Positions 1 through 10,212 are shown, numbered from the stretch's first letter. The stretch is DNA of 64,000 nucleotides from Thermodesulfobacteriota bacterium (GCA_965215275.1 OZ244044.1:1926024-1990023); one strand, 5' to 3'. Program-made: numbers and translations. Notes: generated by a model from the letters alone, not told the origin.

Positions 1-1
1 G

Positions 2-1840
2 TTCAAGAGGAAGGATTTTATTGAGGTAGGAGGTTTTGAGGATGGTATGGTGGGACACGAGGGTACATTTTTGTGTTTTAGAATGGTTGAGTTCTATGGA
101 TATGACAAGGATTCTTTTCTTTATGATCCGGAATTAGTTTTATTTCACAATTATTATGATGACTTAACACATCTTTCATTAAAGTTAGAGAAAATTGATG
201 ATTTATTTCATATATTGAGTCTGAAGTATCCACTTATACAAAGTTTTCGTAAGTATTATAAAGATATTGAATATAAATTAATGTTAAAGTTCACCGTAGT
301 AATTACCTCGTACAACAAAGGGAAATGGCTGAAGCAGGCAATTAACTCGGTTCTTAGCCAAACGTTGCAGGATGTGCAACTTATAGTAGTTGATGATCGC
401 TCGGACGAACCTGAGACGATCAAGGTTCTGGATGAGATATCAAAAGATGTTCATGTAATAAGACTGGATAAGAACAGAGGACTTTCAGCAGCTCGTAATG
501 AAGGAATAAAGAATGCAGATTCTGAATATATATGTTGTCTTGACGGAGATGATTATTTGGAACCGACCTATTTAGAGAAAGCAAGGAATGTGTTTGAAAA
601 CTATAAAGATGTCGGGATAGTGGTTCCCTTTTATAATGATTTTGGAGATATTACTGGCAAGCAGAGTCATAGCAAAGGCAATATGAGTTTAGTCAGAATA
701 TTAACACAGAATTATATAGGAGTAGGAACATCTTGCTTCAGACAAGAAGCATCCGTTAAAGTGGGGATGTATGATGAAGGATTGGAGAGCCATGAAGATT
801 GGGAGCACTGGATAAACATAGCTAAAGATGGATGGAAGATAAAAGTAATACCGGAATACTTAGTGAATATCAGAAGGCACGGACATTCATTACATTTGAG
901 TAGTATTGGTAAGGCAGATACCTATTATGCTTATATTATAAATAAGCACAGAAAGTTATATGAAAAACACTGGGTTGAGGTCTTAGCCGCAAAACATCTG
1001 TATATTGAAAATTTGAGAGTCTGGCATAGAAAAGTGAAGGCCCAACATAAAGATTTAGAAGTTAAACATAAAGATTTAGAAGTTAAACATAAAGATTTAG
1101 AAGTTAAACATAAAGATTTAGAAGTTAAACATAAAGATTTAGAAGTTAAACATAAAGATTTAGAAGTTAAACATAAAGATTTAGAAGTTAAACATAAAGA
1201 TTTAGAAGTTAAACATAAAGATTTAGAAGTTAAACATAAAGATTTAGAAGTTAAACATAAAGATTTAGAAGTTAAACATAAAGATTTAGAAGTTAAACAT
1301 AAAGATTTAGAAGTTAAACATAAAGATTTAGAAGTTAAACATAAAGATTTAGAAGTTAAACATAAAGATTTAGAAGTTAAACATAAAGATTTAGAAGTTA
1401 AACATAAAGATTTAGAAGTTAAACATAAAGATTTAGAAGTTAAACATAAAGATTTAGAAGTTAAACATAAAGATTTAGAAGTTAAACATAAAGATTTAGA
1501 AGTTAAACATAAAGATTTAGAAGTTAAACATAAAGATTTAGAAGTTAAACATAAAGATTTAGAAGTTAAACATAAAGATTTAGAAGTTAAACATAAAGAT
1601 TTAGAAGTTAAACATAAAGATTTAGAAGTTAAACATAAAGATTTAGAAGTTAAACATAAAGATTTAGAAGTTAAACATAAAGATTTAGAAGTTAAACATA
1701 AAGATTTAGAAGTTAAACATAAAAGATTACAAAGTTTCTTGTTATTACGGATTATGTCTTGGGTATGGTCTAACGTATTCAAAAAATTGCTCCCTAATGG
1801 TCTGCAGAAGTTAATATACAAATTATTGTTTGGTTATTGA
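2..1840 (+). CDS. Two-domain GT2 glycosyltransferase with 32-heptad coiled-coil tail (5'-truncated by window edge)
   Basis: Frame open from base 2 (FKRKDFIEVGGFEDG, same as the first domain of 40337..42217). GT-A motifs VVITSYN, VVDD, LDGDD, EDWEHW. HKDLEVK x32, then amphipathic C-terminus. Confidence 0.9.
   Translation, partial: FKRKDFIEVGGFEDGMVGHEGTFLCFRMVEFYGYDKDSFLYDPELVLFHNYYDDLTHLSLKLEKIDDLFHILSLKYPLIQSFRKYYKDIEYKLMLKFTVVITSYNKGKWLKQAINSVLSQTLQDVQLIVVDDRSDEPETIKVLDEISKDVHVIRLDKNRGLSAARNEGIKNADSEYICCLDGDDYLEPTYLEKARNVFENYKDVGIVVPFYNDFGDITGKQSHSKGNMSLVRILTQNYIGVGTSCFRQEASVKVGMYDEGLESHEDWEHWINIAKDGWKIKVIPEYLVNIRRHGHSLHLSSIGKADTYYAYIINKHRKLYEKHWVEVLAAKHLYIENLRVWHRKVKAQHKDLEVKHKDLEVKHKDLEVKHKDLEVKHKDLEVKHKDLEVKHKDLEVKHKDLEVKHKDLEVKHKDLEVKHKDLEVKHKDLEVKHKDLEVKHKDLEVKHKDLEVKHKDLEVKHKDLEVKHKDLEVKHKDLEVKHKDLEVKHKDLEVKHKDLEVKHKDLEVKHKDLEVKHKDLEVKHKDLEVKHKDLEVKHKDLEVKHKDLEVKHKDLEVKHKDLEVKHKDLEVKHKRLQSFLLLRIMSWVWSNVFKKLLPNGLQKLIYKLLFGY
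1046..1717 (+). repeat. Perfect 21-bp in-frame tandem repeat CATAAAGATTTAGAAGTTAAA x32
   Basis: Read directly: 672 bp / 21 = 32 identical units. Confidence 0.97.
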
Positions 1841-1879
1841 TGACTATTGCCTTATAAAGGACTAATTTATCCGTTTGCT

Positions 1880-2947
1880 GAAAGGTTATGGGGTAAAGAT
1901 GAGAAGAACAGGTTTTGTCCTCGCTGGGGAAGTGTGAGAACGGTAAGAGATAAACATGCAATGCCGTATAGATGTAAGGATTGCAGAAAAAGGTTTAGTG
2001 TGTCAGACAGGGGACTATATTAGAACAAAGCAAATTATCGCTCCATATTTGGTTTATGTCTGTTTACTTATTAACAACCAATCTTAAAGGAGTTTCAAGT
2101 TTGAAATTTTCAAGGGATTTAGAAGTAACGCAAAAGACAGCTTGGTTTTTAGTGCCCAGTATAAGAAAAGCGTTTGAAGAGCAGTCGGATAATCATTTAC
2201 TGTCTCAAATAGAGATGGATGAGACCTATGTAGGTGGATTATCAAAGAACAAACATGCCAGCAAGAAGACAGAAGGGACACAAGGTAGAAGTACTAAGAC
2301 TAAGTCTGCAGTAGTAGGAATTAAGTCAAGGGTAGATAAGAAAGTTAAAGCAAAGGTAACAGAAACTGTTGAGAAGTAAGAACTACAGAGTATGATAAAA
2401 GAGACAGTTAGAGATGAATCAACGGTTTATACAGATGAGAATTCAGGATATAGCGAACTGAATAAGAGAGGATATGATCACGAGACAGTTGATCATAGCG
2501 TGGGAGAGTATATATTAAAGGTTGAGCACATACCAAAGGGATAGAGAGTTTCTGGTCTATGTTCAAAAGGGGATATAATTGCAACATATCACTATATGAA
2601 TAAGAAACACTTGCAACACTACATTGATGAGTACGCGGGCAGCCACAATAACAGACTATTATCCACTATGGATCAGATCGCAAAGGTCATAAAAGGATTG
2701 GTCAGGTAAGCGTCTTAGATACGAGGAATTAATTAGATGAATGTATATCTTAAGTGAGAGAGGGGATAAATGGGAAGAAAACCAAAATTAATACAGCCTA
2801 TTAAAGTTTCTATGGAAGAGAAGAGAGAGTGGATGCTATATTTGCTAAACAAAAGGCTATTATCAAGGCAAGAAGACTTAAAAACAAATTAAAAGTTAAT
2901 GATAACAGGTAGTTAGATCTTTTTGGTTAATTAAGTATATAATTCCC
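1880..2947 (+). mobile_element. Degenerate IS1595-family element (subtype B), left end missing
   Basis: Frameshifted transposase pieces (CPRWGS..YRCKDC, KGVSS, EMDETYVGG, HLQHYIDEYAGSHN) similar to 54789..55726. Right TIR TATATAATTCCC ends at 2947. Confidence 0.85.
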
Positions 2948-4118
2948 TTTTATAATGCTCAATTGCGATTTTGTTTAATTTATGTAAGTCATGGTTTTTC
3001 TCTATCTTTTTTCTTGCGTTTCTTGAGAGTTTTTCTCTTAAACAAGGGTTGTCAATTAATTTTTGCAATGCTTCTGATAGTTCGTTAATGCTTTTTTCCT
3101 GCACGAGCAGTCCTGTGACGTTGTTTTCTACAAGTTCAGGGATTCCACTGTGGAAAGTTGATAACACGGGCAATCCCGTAGCCATTGCCTCCATTAAAAC
3201 AACTGGTATTCCTTCCATATCATCATTCTCAGCAGTTACTGAAGGCAGAATAAATATATCTGAGGAATATAAGTGGTCTCTGATTTTATTTTTTGCTACT
3301 GCACCGATTAATCTTACTTTGTTATTTAGCTTATTCTCCTGGATTAGATTATTGAGAGCAGTGTACTGATCGTAATTAGTGTGTACAGGACTGCCCCCAA
3401 TGATTTCATAAACGATATTTTTATCTGGATTTTTATTCAGATAACTTTTAAATGCAAGAATGCTGTAATAAAATCCTTTCTTTTCAACTAATCTTCCAAT
3501 ACTTAGTAATTTTGTGGGTTTTTTATCAGGGTTTTTATATTTGAAATAATTTAAATCTATACCCATCTTATGGACTTTTATTTTTGATTCTGGAAATCCT
3601 AAACTGACTAATTTTGATTTCCAATACTTACAGACCGGCAAAAACAGGTCGCCATTATTCATTAAATCCGCATATACCCCCCCCCTATACTTAAGAAATG
3701 CGCTAATATCATAGCCGTGAAAAGAGGTTATGATTTTACCGTTGAAAAATTTTAATTGTTTTAATTTAGAAACTAAACGTCCAAGTGTACCGAAGTGGCA
3801 GTGAATAATATCTGGACGTTTAGCTAATAGATAGATTAATAGAGAAACTTCCTCGGGCGAAATCTTTATTCTAAAATGTTCAGGATAAAACCTGATTTTA
3901 TTTATTAGTAAAGAAGCGATTCTATCAGAAATGTGTTTATCAAGATAATCCACTATGTTTATCACATTCTCAAATTCGTCATGTTTTGTGTATACATCTA
4001 AATGTTTTAACGATAGGACTCTTATATTAATATTTGAATTTAACAGGGATACAATTTGGTTTAATATGAAACTTTGAGATATCTCTGGAAATCTATCTAC
4101 CAAGAATAGTATTTTCAC
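2931..4118 (-). CDS. GT4 (GT-B) glycosyltransferase, WcaL-like
   Basis: HCHFG, GRLVEKKG, EGIPVVLMEAMA motifs. Internal G9 tract. Last codons lie inside the IS TIR. Confidence 0.9.
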   Translation of the reverse strand: MKILFLVDRFPEISQSFILNQIVSLLNSNINIRVLSLKHLDVYTKHDEFENVINIVDYLDKHISDRIASLLINKIRFYPEHFRIKISPEEVSLLIYLLAKRPDIIHCHFGTLGRLVSKLKQLKFFNGKIITSFHGYDISAFLKYRGGVYADLMNNGDLFLPVCKYWKSKLVSLGFPESKIKVHKMGIDLNYFKYKNPDKKPTKLLSIGRLVEKKGFYYSILAFKSYLNKNPDKNIVYEIIGGSPVHTNYDQYTALNNLIQENKLNNKVRLIGAVAKNKIRDHLYSSDIFILPSVTAENDDMEGIPVVLMEAMATGLPVLSTFHSGIPELVENNVTGLLVQEKSINELSEALQKLIDNPCLREKLSRNARKKIEKNHDLHKLNKIAIEHYKRELYT

Positions 4119-4378
4119 TGATGGTTTAAAGGATAATTTAACAATGTTTATGTATAATTAAGATGTGTTTCTATAATTACCTAAATTTAAAAGGTGATAA
4201 TATATACAAGAAAGTTAACAAAATAGCAATAGCGAAGAATCTAAAAAATGGTTTTGCTTTAATATGTTGTTTATAAGAATACATCTAATGTTTTATGACG
4301 AAAACAATAAAGAAGAATAAAATATAGTTTGTCAACTAAATATAGATAATTTTTGTGAATTAAAGGTAATTCCAGTTA

Positions 4379-4870
4379 ATGAAAACAAGATATTTTGTTT
4401 CAAGAGCACTGTTGCTTTGTTTGCTTATTGTTCCTGTCATTTTAATCCATGGTCCTTACCGTATTGAACCTTATCCTGCGGTGATTTTGCCAAGAGGAGG
4501 TCATCCAGGCAAATATTTGGGTAGTGAGTTTAGAGTTCAGCGTGAGTTTAGACTTTATATATTAAAGAAAAATGCAGAGGTGAAAGTTGATTATATACAG
4601 TTTTTTAGACCTATGTCTCGTTATGCAAAGTATATAATGAAAAATAATTTTGGATTAGGTAAGGAGGGGGGGGGTAAATTCCACGGACTCTCGGCAACAA
4701 CCAGGAGGGAAGGGATAAAATGGATAAAACATCGTTTAAATAAACTAACTGGTTTGGATAAAGAAGTGATTAAAGGATTAAAATACGAGCAGTGCAGATT
4801 AGAAATATATTATGACCCGGAACGGCCAAATAAAGAAAGATGTTATATTAAAAGTGTAATACTTTTTTAG
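4379..4870 (+). CDS. Small membrane-anchored protein (HTTM partner), copy 1
   Basis: N-terminal hydrophobic helix then EPYPAVILP. Directly upstream of the HTTM gene; paralogs at 11593..12089 and 48841..49320. In-frame G9. Confidence 0.8.
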   Translation: MKTRYFVSRALLLCLLIVPVILIHGPYRIEPYPAVILPRGGHPGKYLGSEFRVQREFRLYILKKNAEVKVDYIQFFRPMSRYAKYIMKNNFGLGKEGGGKFHGLSATTRREGIKWIKHRLNKLTGLDKEVIKGLKYEQCRLEIYYDPERPNKERCYIKSVILF

Positions 4871-4884
4871 TTTATAAGTGAGTT

Positions 4885-6060
4885 ATGTCTATTAAAACTG
4901 TATTTAAAGTATTGCTCTATTTGGAAAACAGGCTGCATGATGTTGCCTATATGGACGCGAGATCATTATCCATATTCAGGATTATTTTTGCGTCATTTTG
5001 GTTGTTTTTTTTCAAACCGCCAAAATATTCATGGATATCAGAATACCCAGATATATTCTATAATCCACCTGTCTTATCAATAGCTGCTCTGTTCAGCAAA
5101 TTTCCACCAGATGCTTTTTTTCAAGTAGTGGACTTTTTATTACCTCTGCTTTTTATACTCCTACTTTTTGGTTACAAGACAAGATACGTTTCATTGGTTC
5201 TGTCTTTATTAATTATTATCTGCGACTCTTTTCATTACTCGTTTGGCAAAATTGACCACATGCTTCATCTACCGGTAATTATGCTTTTCCTGATGACCTT
5301 TTCCGACTGGGGAAGATATTACTCAATTGATTCCTATAACAGGACTAGAAAGAAGTTTAGCAAAAAAAGAAATTACGTATTGTCATTGATAGCTCTATGT
5401 ATATGCTTTGGTTTTTTTACCGCGGGTGTTCCAAAACATACATGGTTTGATCTTGATCTATCAACTCAAGCTGTACGAAGGTGGTTAAATGACACATATT
5501 ATATTAAAAAAACAGATAGATATCTCGTTGGCTATTTTGTAGAGTTAACAAACAATTTGTTTTGGGAATTAATTGACAGCCTAGCATTTTTATTTGAAAT
5601 AATATTTATTACCGCTTGTTTTACAAACAGAAAGATATTTAGAGCCTATCTTTGTCTTGCTGTGTTCTTTCACCTTTCTAACTATTTGATGCTCAATATA
5701 GCTTTCTCTCATACCGTTTTGGCATATGGTGCATTTGTTGACTGGAGAAGTATCATCCTTGCAAATAAAGATTGTAAAGGTTCTCATGCCTATTGTGATT
5801 TTATAAAGCGGCTTTCTTTAATGTTTCTTGGTATGGTCCTATTACTTGTGATGGCTTTGAGTTTGCTGGGAATTAAATACCAAAGTTTAATATCTGATAA
5901 ACACCTATTTATACTTTTGACCGGTTCTATTATTGCTGTTTGTTACCTTCTGTCTATTTTTTTATCACGGTTTGTATTCAAGTTGTATAAAAAGGATACA
6001 AAACTGATTCATAATAGAAATGCTACACTGCTAATAATCTTATTGTTTTCACTCTTTTAG
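4885..6060 (+). CDS. HTTM-domain-like polytopic membrane protein, copy 1
   Basis: LSIFRI, LFGYKTR, FGKIDH, YSIDS, FFH..N motifs typical of HTTM / VKGC-like / SdpB-like proteins. Confidence 0.75.
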   Translation: MSIKTVFKVLLYLENRLHDVAYMDARSLSIFRIIFASFWLFFFKPPKYSWISEYPDIFYNPPVLSIAALFSKFPPDAFFQVVDFLLPLLFILLLFGYKTRYVSLVLSLLIIICDSFHYSFGKIDHMLHLPVIMLFLMTFSDWGRYYSIDSYNRTRKKFSKKRNYVLSLIALCICFGFFTAGVPKHTWFDLDLSTQAVRRWLNDTYYIKKTDRYLVGYFVELTNNLFWELIDSLAFLFEIIFITACFTNRKIFRAYLCLAVFFHLSNYLMLNIAFSHTVLAYGAFVDWRSIILANKDCKGSHAYCDFIKRLSLMFLGMVLLLVMALSLLGIKYQSLISDKHLFILLTGSIIAVCYLLSIFLSRFVFKLYKKDTKLIHNRNATLLIILLFSLF

Positions 6061-6197
6061 TACTACCATTATTAAAATAATAATATGGTTTTTGGTGAAC
6101 CTCTTGACCCTATCAAGATTGTGATTGACTATAACAAATATCTTTTTATCATTTTTCGTTAGCTGGTTTATCTGTAGCGCATTTTTATCACGAAAAG

Positions 6198-6270
6198 ATT
6201 GATTATCACTGAAAAACCTAACCTTACGGTCATACCGGAAGAATATTTCTTCACAGATGTGTTCTGAAAT
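6198..6270 (-). pseudogene. Fragment of Wzt/KpsT-type polysaccharide ABC exporter ATPase
   Basis: Minus strand reads FQNTSVKKYSSGMTVRLGFSVIIN, the Wzt-type signature YSSGMxxRLxF. Confidence 0.65.
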
Positions 6271-6418
6271 TTATTTTCCCTTGGGTGAAAATAATTCTAT
6301 GTTTCTGGAGCAAGCTACAATTCCAAAATTGTTCTTTAAAGTCAAGTAAGTTATGTTGAGGCAGTTGGAAGACTCCTTTGCATATAGAGATAAGGAGTTG
6401 GGATTATCTGATTCAGGG

Positions 6419-7345
6419 CTATATTCCTAACCTCCACCCAGATTTGACCCTGTGTCCTCTTAAAAAATCCTCCGTCTTTATTTTTCTCCCTCCTTCAATT
6501 TGAATCTCTAATAAGTTCAATGATTTTTCTCCAGTACCAATCCTTAAAGTTCCGGGATTAGACCGTAGTATCTCTCCTGGCTTACCGCTGTCGTTGCTTA
6601 CGGATGCTTTGAATATTTTCAAAATTTTATTATTTAGGGTTGTAAAAGATCCAGGCCAAGGCTGCGTTCCTCTAATTAAATTATTGATCTCTTCGGCTTT
6701 TTTCTCCCAGTTGATCTTCCCCACATCCTTTTTAATTATTGGTGCATAGGTAGCGTCGACGTCGTTTTGTCTTATAGGTGTTAGTTCATTTTGTTCTAAT
6801 TTGTCTATTGTTTCCATCAACAGGGTTGCTCCATATTCTGCTAACTTTTGACTTAACTCTATTGATGTTTCCTCTTCCTTTATTTCAACTTTTGTTTTTG
6901 CAAGTATATCTCCTGTGTCCATGCCTTCGTCCATAAGCATTATGGTGACGCCCGTTTTTTTTTCTCCGTTTATTATCGCCCAGTTTATAGGTGCTGCACC
7001 TCTGTATTTTGGCAATAGGGACGCGTGTACGTTAATACATCCATATCTGGGGAGTTTCAGTATATCCAGCGGTAGTATTTTCCCGTATGCAGTTACACAT
7101 ATCAGGTCGGGATTAATGTCGCTGATCTGCCTGTAAAATTCATCCGTTTTTATTTTTTCAGGCTGCAGGAGTGGAATTGCCATTTCTTTGGCCAAGGACT
7201 TTACCGGCGAAGAGGTTATTTTTCTACCTCTTCCCTTGGGTTTATCAGGTTGACATACAATACCAACAATTTCGTTCCGTGAGTTTATCAGTTTCTTCAA
7301 GCACGGTACTGCAAATTCTGGAGTTCCCATGAAAATTATCTTCAT
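6419..7345 (-). CDS. fmt: Methionyl-tRNA formyltransferase, copy A
   Basis: MKIIFMGTPEFAV, INVHASLLPKYRGAAPI. Confidence 0.97.
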   Translation of the reverse strand: MKIIFMGTPEFAVPCLKKLINSRNEIVGIVCQPDKPKGRGRKITSSPVKSLAKEMAIPLLQPEKIKTDEFYRQISDINPDLICVTAYGKILPLDILKLPRYGCINVHASLLPKYRGAAPINWAIINGEKKTGVTIMLMDEGMDTGDILAKTKVEIKEEETSIELSQKLAEYGATLLMETIDKLEQNELTPIRQNDVDATYAPIIKKDVGKINWEKKAEEINNLIRGTQPWPGSFTTLNNKILKIFKASVSNDSGKPGEILRSNPGTLRIGTGEKSLNLLEIQIEGGRKIKTEDFLRGHRVKSGWRLGI

Positions 7346-7421
7346 AGTTAGTGTAGTCTGAACAAATTAAGTACTATGGTTATGATAAATCGTTGGTCTT
7401 GCCTGTCAAATATTACTTTAG

Positions 7422-7438
7422 TGCTTAATTTATAGGCA
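7422..7438. promoter_or_regulatory. Putative NtrC-type enhancer site
   Basis: TGC-N11-GCA (TGCTTAATTTATAGGCA) about 100 bp upstream of the sigma54 promoter of amt; conserved in copy B. Confidence 0.5.
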
Positions 7439-7534
7439 TTCTTTAGTAAGTTTGTCTTTCTCGGTTTTAGATTTATAAAAATTCTGCTTTCTTTTCAATA
7501 TGTTACACCCATTTTACTATTTTGTTTATCGATT

Positions 7535-7550
7535 TGGCATTCAAGTTGCA
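7535..7550 (+). promoter_or_regulatory. Sigma54 (-24/-12) promoter of amt-porin operon
   Basis: TGGCAT-TCAAG-TTGCA matches TGGCAC-N5-TTGC. Confidence 0.8.
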
Positions 7551-7592
7551 ATTAATAACGGCATAAATTCAAGCAGTGGAGGATTGTAAGAG

Positions 7593-8929
7593 ATGAAAAG
7601 TCTTATTTTATCAGTTCCAAAATCACCTTATATGCGCTTATTACTCATTCCAGTTATAACTACTTTTTTCTTATAGGGGTGAAGGTTTATGCGCAAGAGG
7701 ATGGACCAACGGCAGAGCATGCGTTGTTTGTTGCAAATAACGTGTGGATGCTCGTCGCAACTTTTCTGGTGTTTATTATGCACCTTGGATTTGCAACTTT
7801 AGAATCGGGGCTTACAAGATCCAAGAACACAATAAATATCCTGTTTAAAAACACGTTTATTATCTCAATGGGAATTATTATGTACGCAATCTGCGGATTT
7901 AACCTTATGTACCCCGGGGATTTCTCAATTGGGCAGTTTTTTGGATTTGCAGGACCTTGGATATCCGCACCACTTGGCGCAGATGGACTTATTGCTTACG
8001 CAGACGGTGGATATACTTACTGGACGGACTTTATATTTCAAGCAATGTTTGCCGCAACTGCCGCGACCATAGTATCTGGTGCGGTTGCAGAAAGGGTAAA
8101 GCTCAGCAGTTTCCTAATCTTTGCAACGGTCTTTGTGGCCCTCGTTTACCCGATTGCAGGTTCATGGAAGTGGGGTGGGGGTTGGTTGGACCAAATGGGT
8201 TTTTATGATTTTGCAGGTTCGACCCTTGTGCATAGCGTAGGTGGATGGGCAGCCTTGGTATGTGCTTACATACTTGGTCCTAGAATAGGTAAATATACTT
8301 CATCAGGAATGAAGTTAATACCTGGTCATTCTATGCCGCTTCCGGCAATAGGAGTATTTTTACTATGGGTTGGCTGGTATGGATTTAATGGTGGTTCGGT
8401 GCTTTCTGCGGAGCCAGAACTTATATCGTTGGTATTTGTTACCACAACGCTTGCTGCTTGTGCAGGAGTAGTAGGAGCAATGATACTTTCCTGGATGATG
8501 AACAAAAAGCCTGACCTGTCCCTTACTTTGAATGGTGCTCTTGCAGGTCTTGTAGGTATTACTGCTGGGGCTGACGTTATGACACCAGGTAGTGCTACTT
8601 TAATAGGATTGATAGCTGGATTTATAGTAGTGGTATCCGTAATGTTCTTTGATAAAATTAGAATCGACGACCCAGTCGGAGCAATTTCCGTTCATCTTGT
8701 ATGTGGAATCTGGGGAACCTTGGCGGTGGGTTTGTTCAGTACCAATCCTGAACATAGCTTTTTTGTGCAGTTTATAGGAGTGGTTGCCTATGGGATCTTC
8801 ACCATTCTCTGTTCGTTTGTAATATTCATGATAATTAAAGCTGTTATGGGAGTGAGAGTAAGTCGGGAAGAGGAGATCACGGGTTTGGATCTTGCGGAGC
8901 ATGGTATGGAAGCCTATCCGGACTTTTAG
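7593..8929 (+). CDS. amt: Ammonium transporter, copy A (1-nt deletion in leader; longest ORF from 7679)
   Basis: DFAGSTLVH, GWYGFNGGS, DDPVGAISVH. One C missing near 7660 versus copy B frameshifts the N-terminal leader. Confidence 0.93.
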
Positions 8930-9008
8930 TTTGGTAAAAGGTATTTAGATAATGATTATAGGAAAGATGGAGATAGAAATGAAAAAAATTTTAGAAAAGG
9001 AGGGTAAA

Positions 9009-10118
9009 ATGAGAAAAATATTTTTACCTGTTTTATTAGCTGCTTTAATGCTTACCGTAATTCCAAGGCAAGCAGAAGCAGGTCACAGTATGTTAGATGT
9101 ATTAAAGGAAATTAATGTTGGTTTTTCTGTTGATACAACATATCAGTATATGTTTGATAGAGACATTGGAGAAGGCGATATTAAGGAAAGAGGTCTTTAT
9201 CCGGAACACAACGATTTTTCCATAGATGCATTTACCGTTTCAATTGAAAAAACTCCAACTATGGAAGGAGAGATTAAAGACCTAGTTGGTTTTCGAGCAG
9301 ACATACTTTTTGGTGAACAGGCTGAACGCCTTGGTTTTGGCTTCGATACTGACAACGAGGGTGCCGCCGATGGTGCCGTCAGTCCTTATCAAGCTTATAT
9401 AAATCTACTTGTTCCAACCGAAGCAAGCAGTTTTAACGTTTATGCCGGGCAGTTCACTACCTTGGCCGGTTGGGAACTTATAGAGGCAAAGGATAACACT
9501 AATATAACCAGGTCACTGCTCTTTTATAGGATACCTTTTGCACACTCTGGTATTCGTACCACGTTCAGTTCAGGACTAATTGATTTTGCTTTGGGCTTGA
9601 GCAATGACTGGGATGCGGTTGACGATGAAAATGATGGAAAAACATTCGAATCTCAAATTGCTATAAATCTTCCTGATGATGGTTGGTTAGGGGTTACAGG
9701 ATACTTTGGAAATACTGGGGAGGAACCCACTGATGAACTTAGAAGCCTCATTACCGTTGTTGGTAGTATGACCTTTATGGAGAAAATTACCCTCGTTGGG
9801 GATTTTGAGTACACATGGGACGACATAAGCGGAGACCGCTGGGGTTTTGCTGGTTACGCGACCTTTGCTCTTTCAGACCCTGTGACTGTTTCTTTAAGAG
9901 GTGAATACATTGATGATAGTGAAAGGACCGGAGAAGGGGAAAATGTGGAACTTTATGAATTTACCTCCACTTTCATTTTTAAACTTTTTCCCAGTGATAC
10001 TGGGAACACTGAGGCAAGACTTGAATACAGATATGATAAGGCAGATGGTGTTGATGGCTATTTTGAAGGAGACGATTCACAGCATGGTGTTGCCATTCAA
10101 CTTTTGTACTGGATATAA
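9009..10118 (+). CDS. Outer-membrane beta-barrel porin, copy A
   Basis: Signal peptide, alternating beta strands, LRGEY and RLEYRYD motifs, aromatic C-terminus. Follows amt. Start chosen after a GGAGG RBS. Confidence 0.8.
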   Translation: MRKIFLPVLLAALMLTVIPRQAEAGHSMLDVLKEINVGFSVDTTYQYMFDRDIGEGDIKERGLYPEHNDFSIDAFTVSIEKTPTMEGEIKDLVGFRADILFGEQAERLGFGFDTDNEGAADGAVSPYQAYINLLVPTEASSFNVYAGQFTTLAGWELIEAKDNTNITRSLLFYRIPFAHSGIRTTFSSGLIDFALGLSNDWDAVDDENDGKTFESQIAINLPDDGWLGVTGYFGNTGEEPTDELRSLITVVGSMTFMEKITLVGDFEYTWDDISGDRWGFAGYATFALSDPVTVSLRGEYIDDSERTGEGENVELYEFTSTFIFKLFPSDTGNTEARLEYRYDKADGVDGYFEGDDSQHGVAIQLLYWI

Positions 10119-10212
10119 AAAGCCGAAGAGAAAAAGATAAAAACACTTAGTTTCGTAGGATAGTTACTTAACTCTCATCTCTCAATACCTCCGTTTCTAA
10201 AGTGTTTATTAC

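Noticed and set aside
1046..1717. 21-bp repeats as a CRISPR-like or iteron array
   Set aside because: No spacers; in frame inside a CDS.
931..1821. 296-aa minus-strand ORF (CLTSKSL repeats), and similar 46861..47205
   Set aside because: Antisense shadow of the stop-free tandem repeat.
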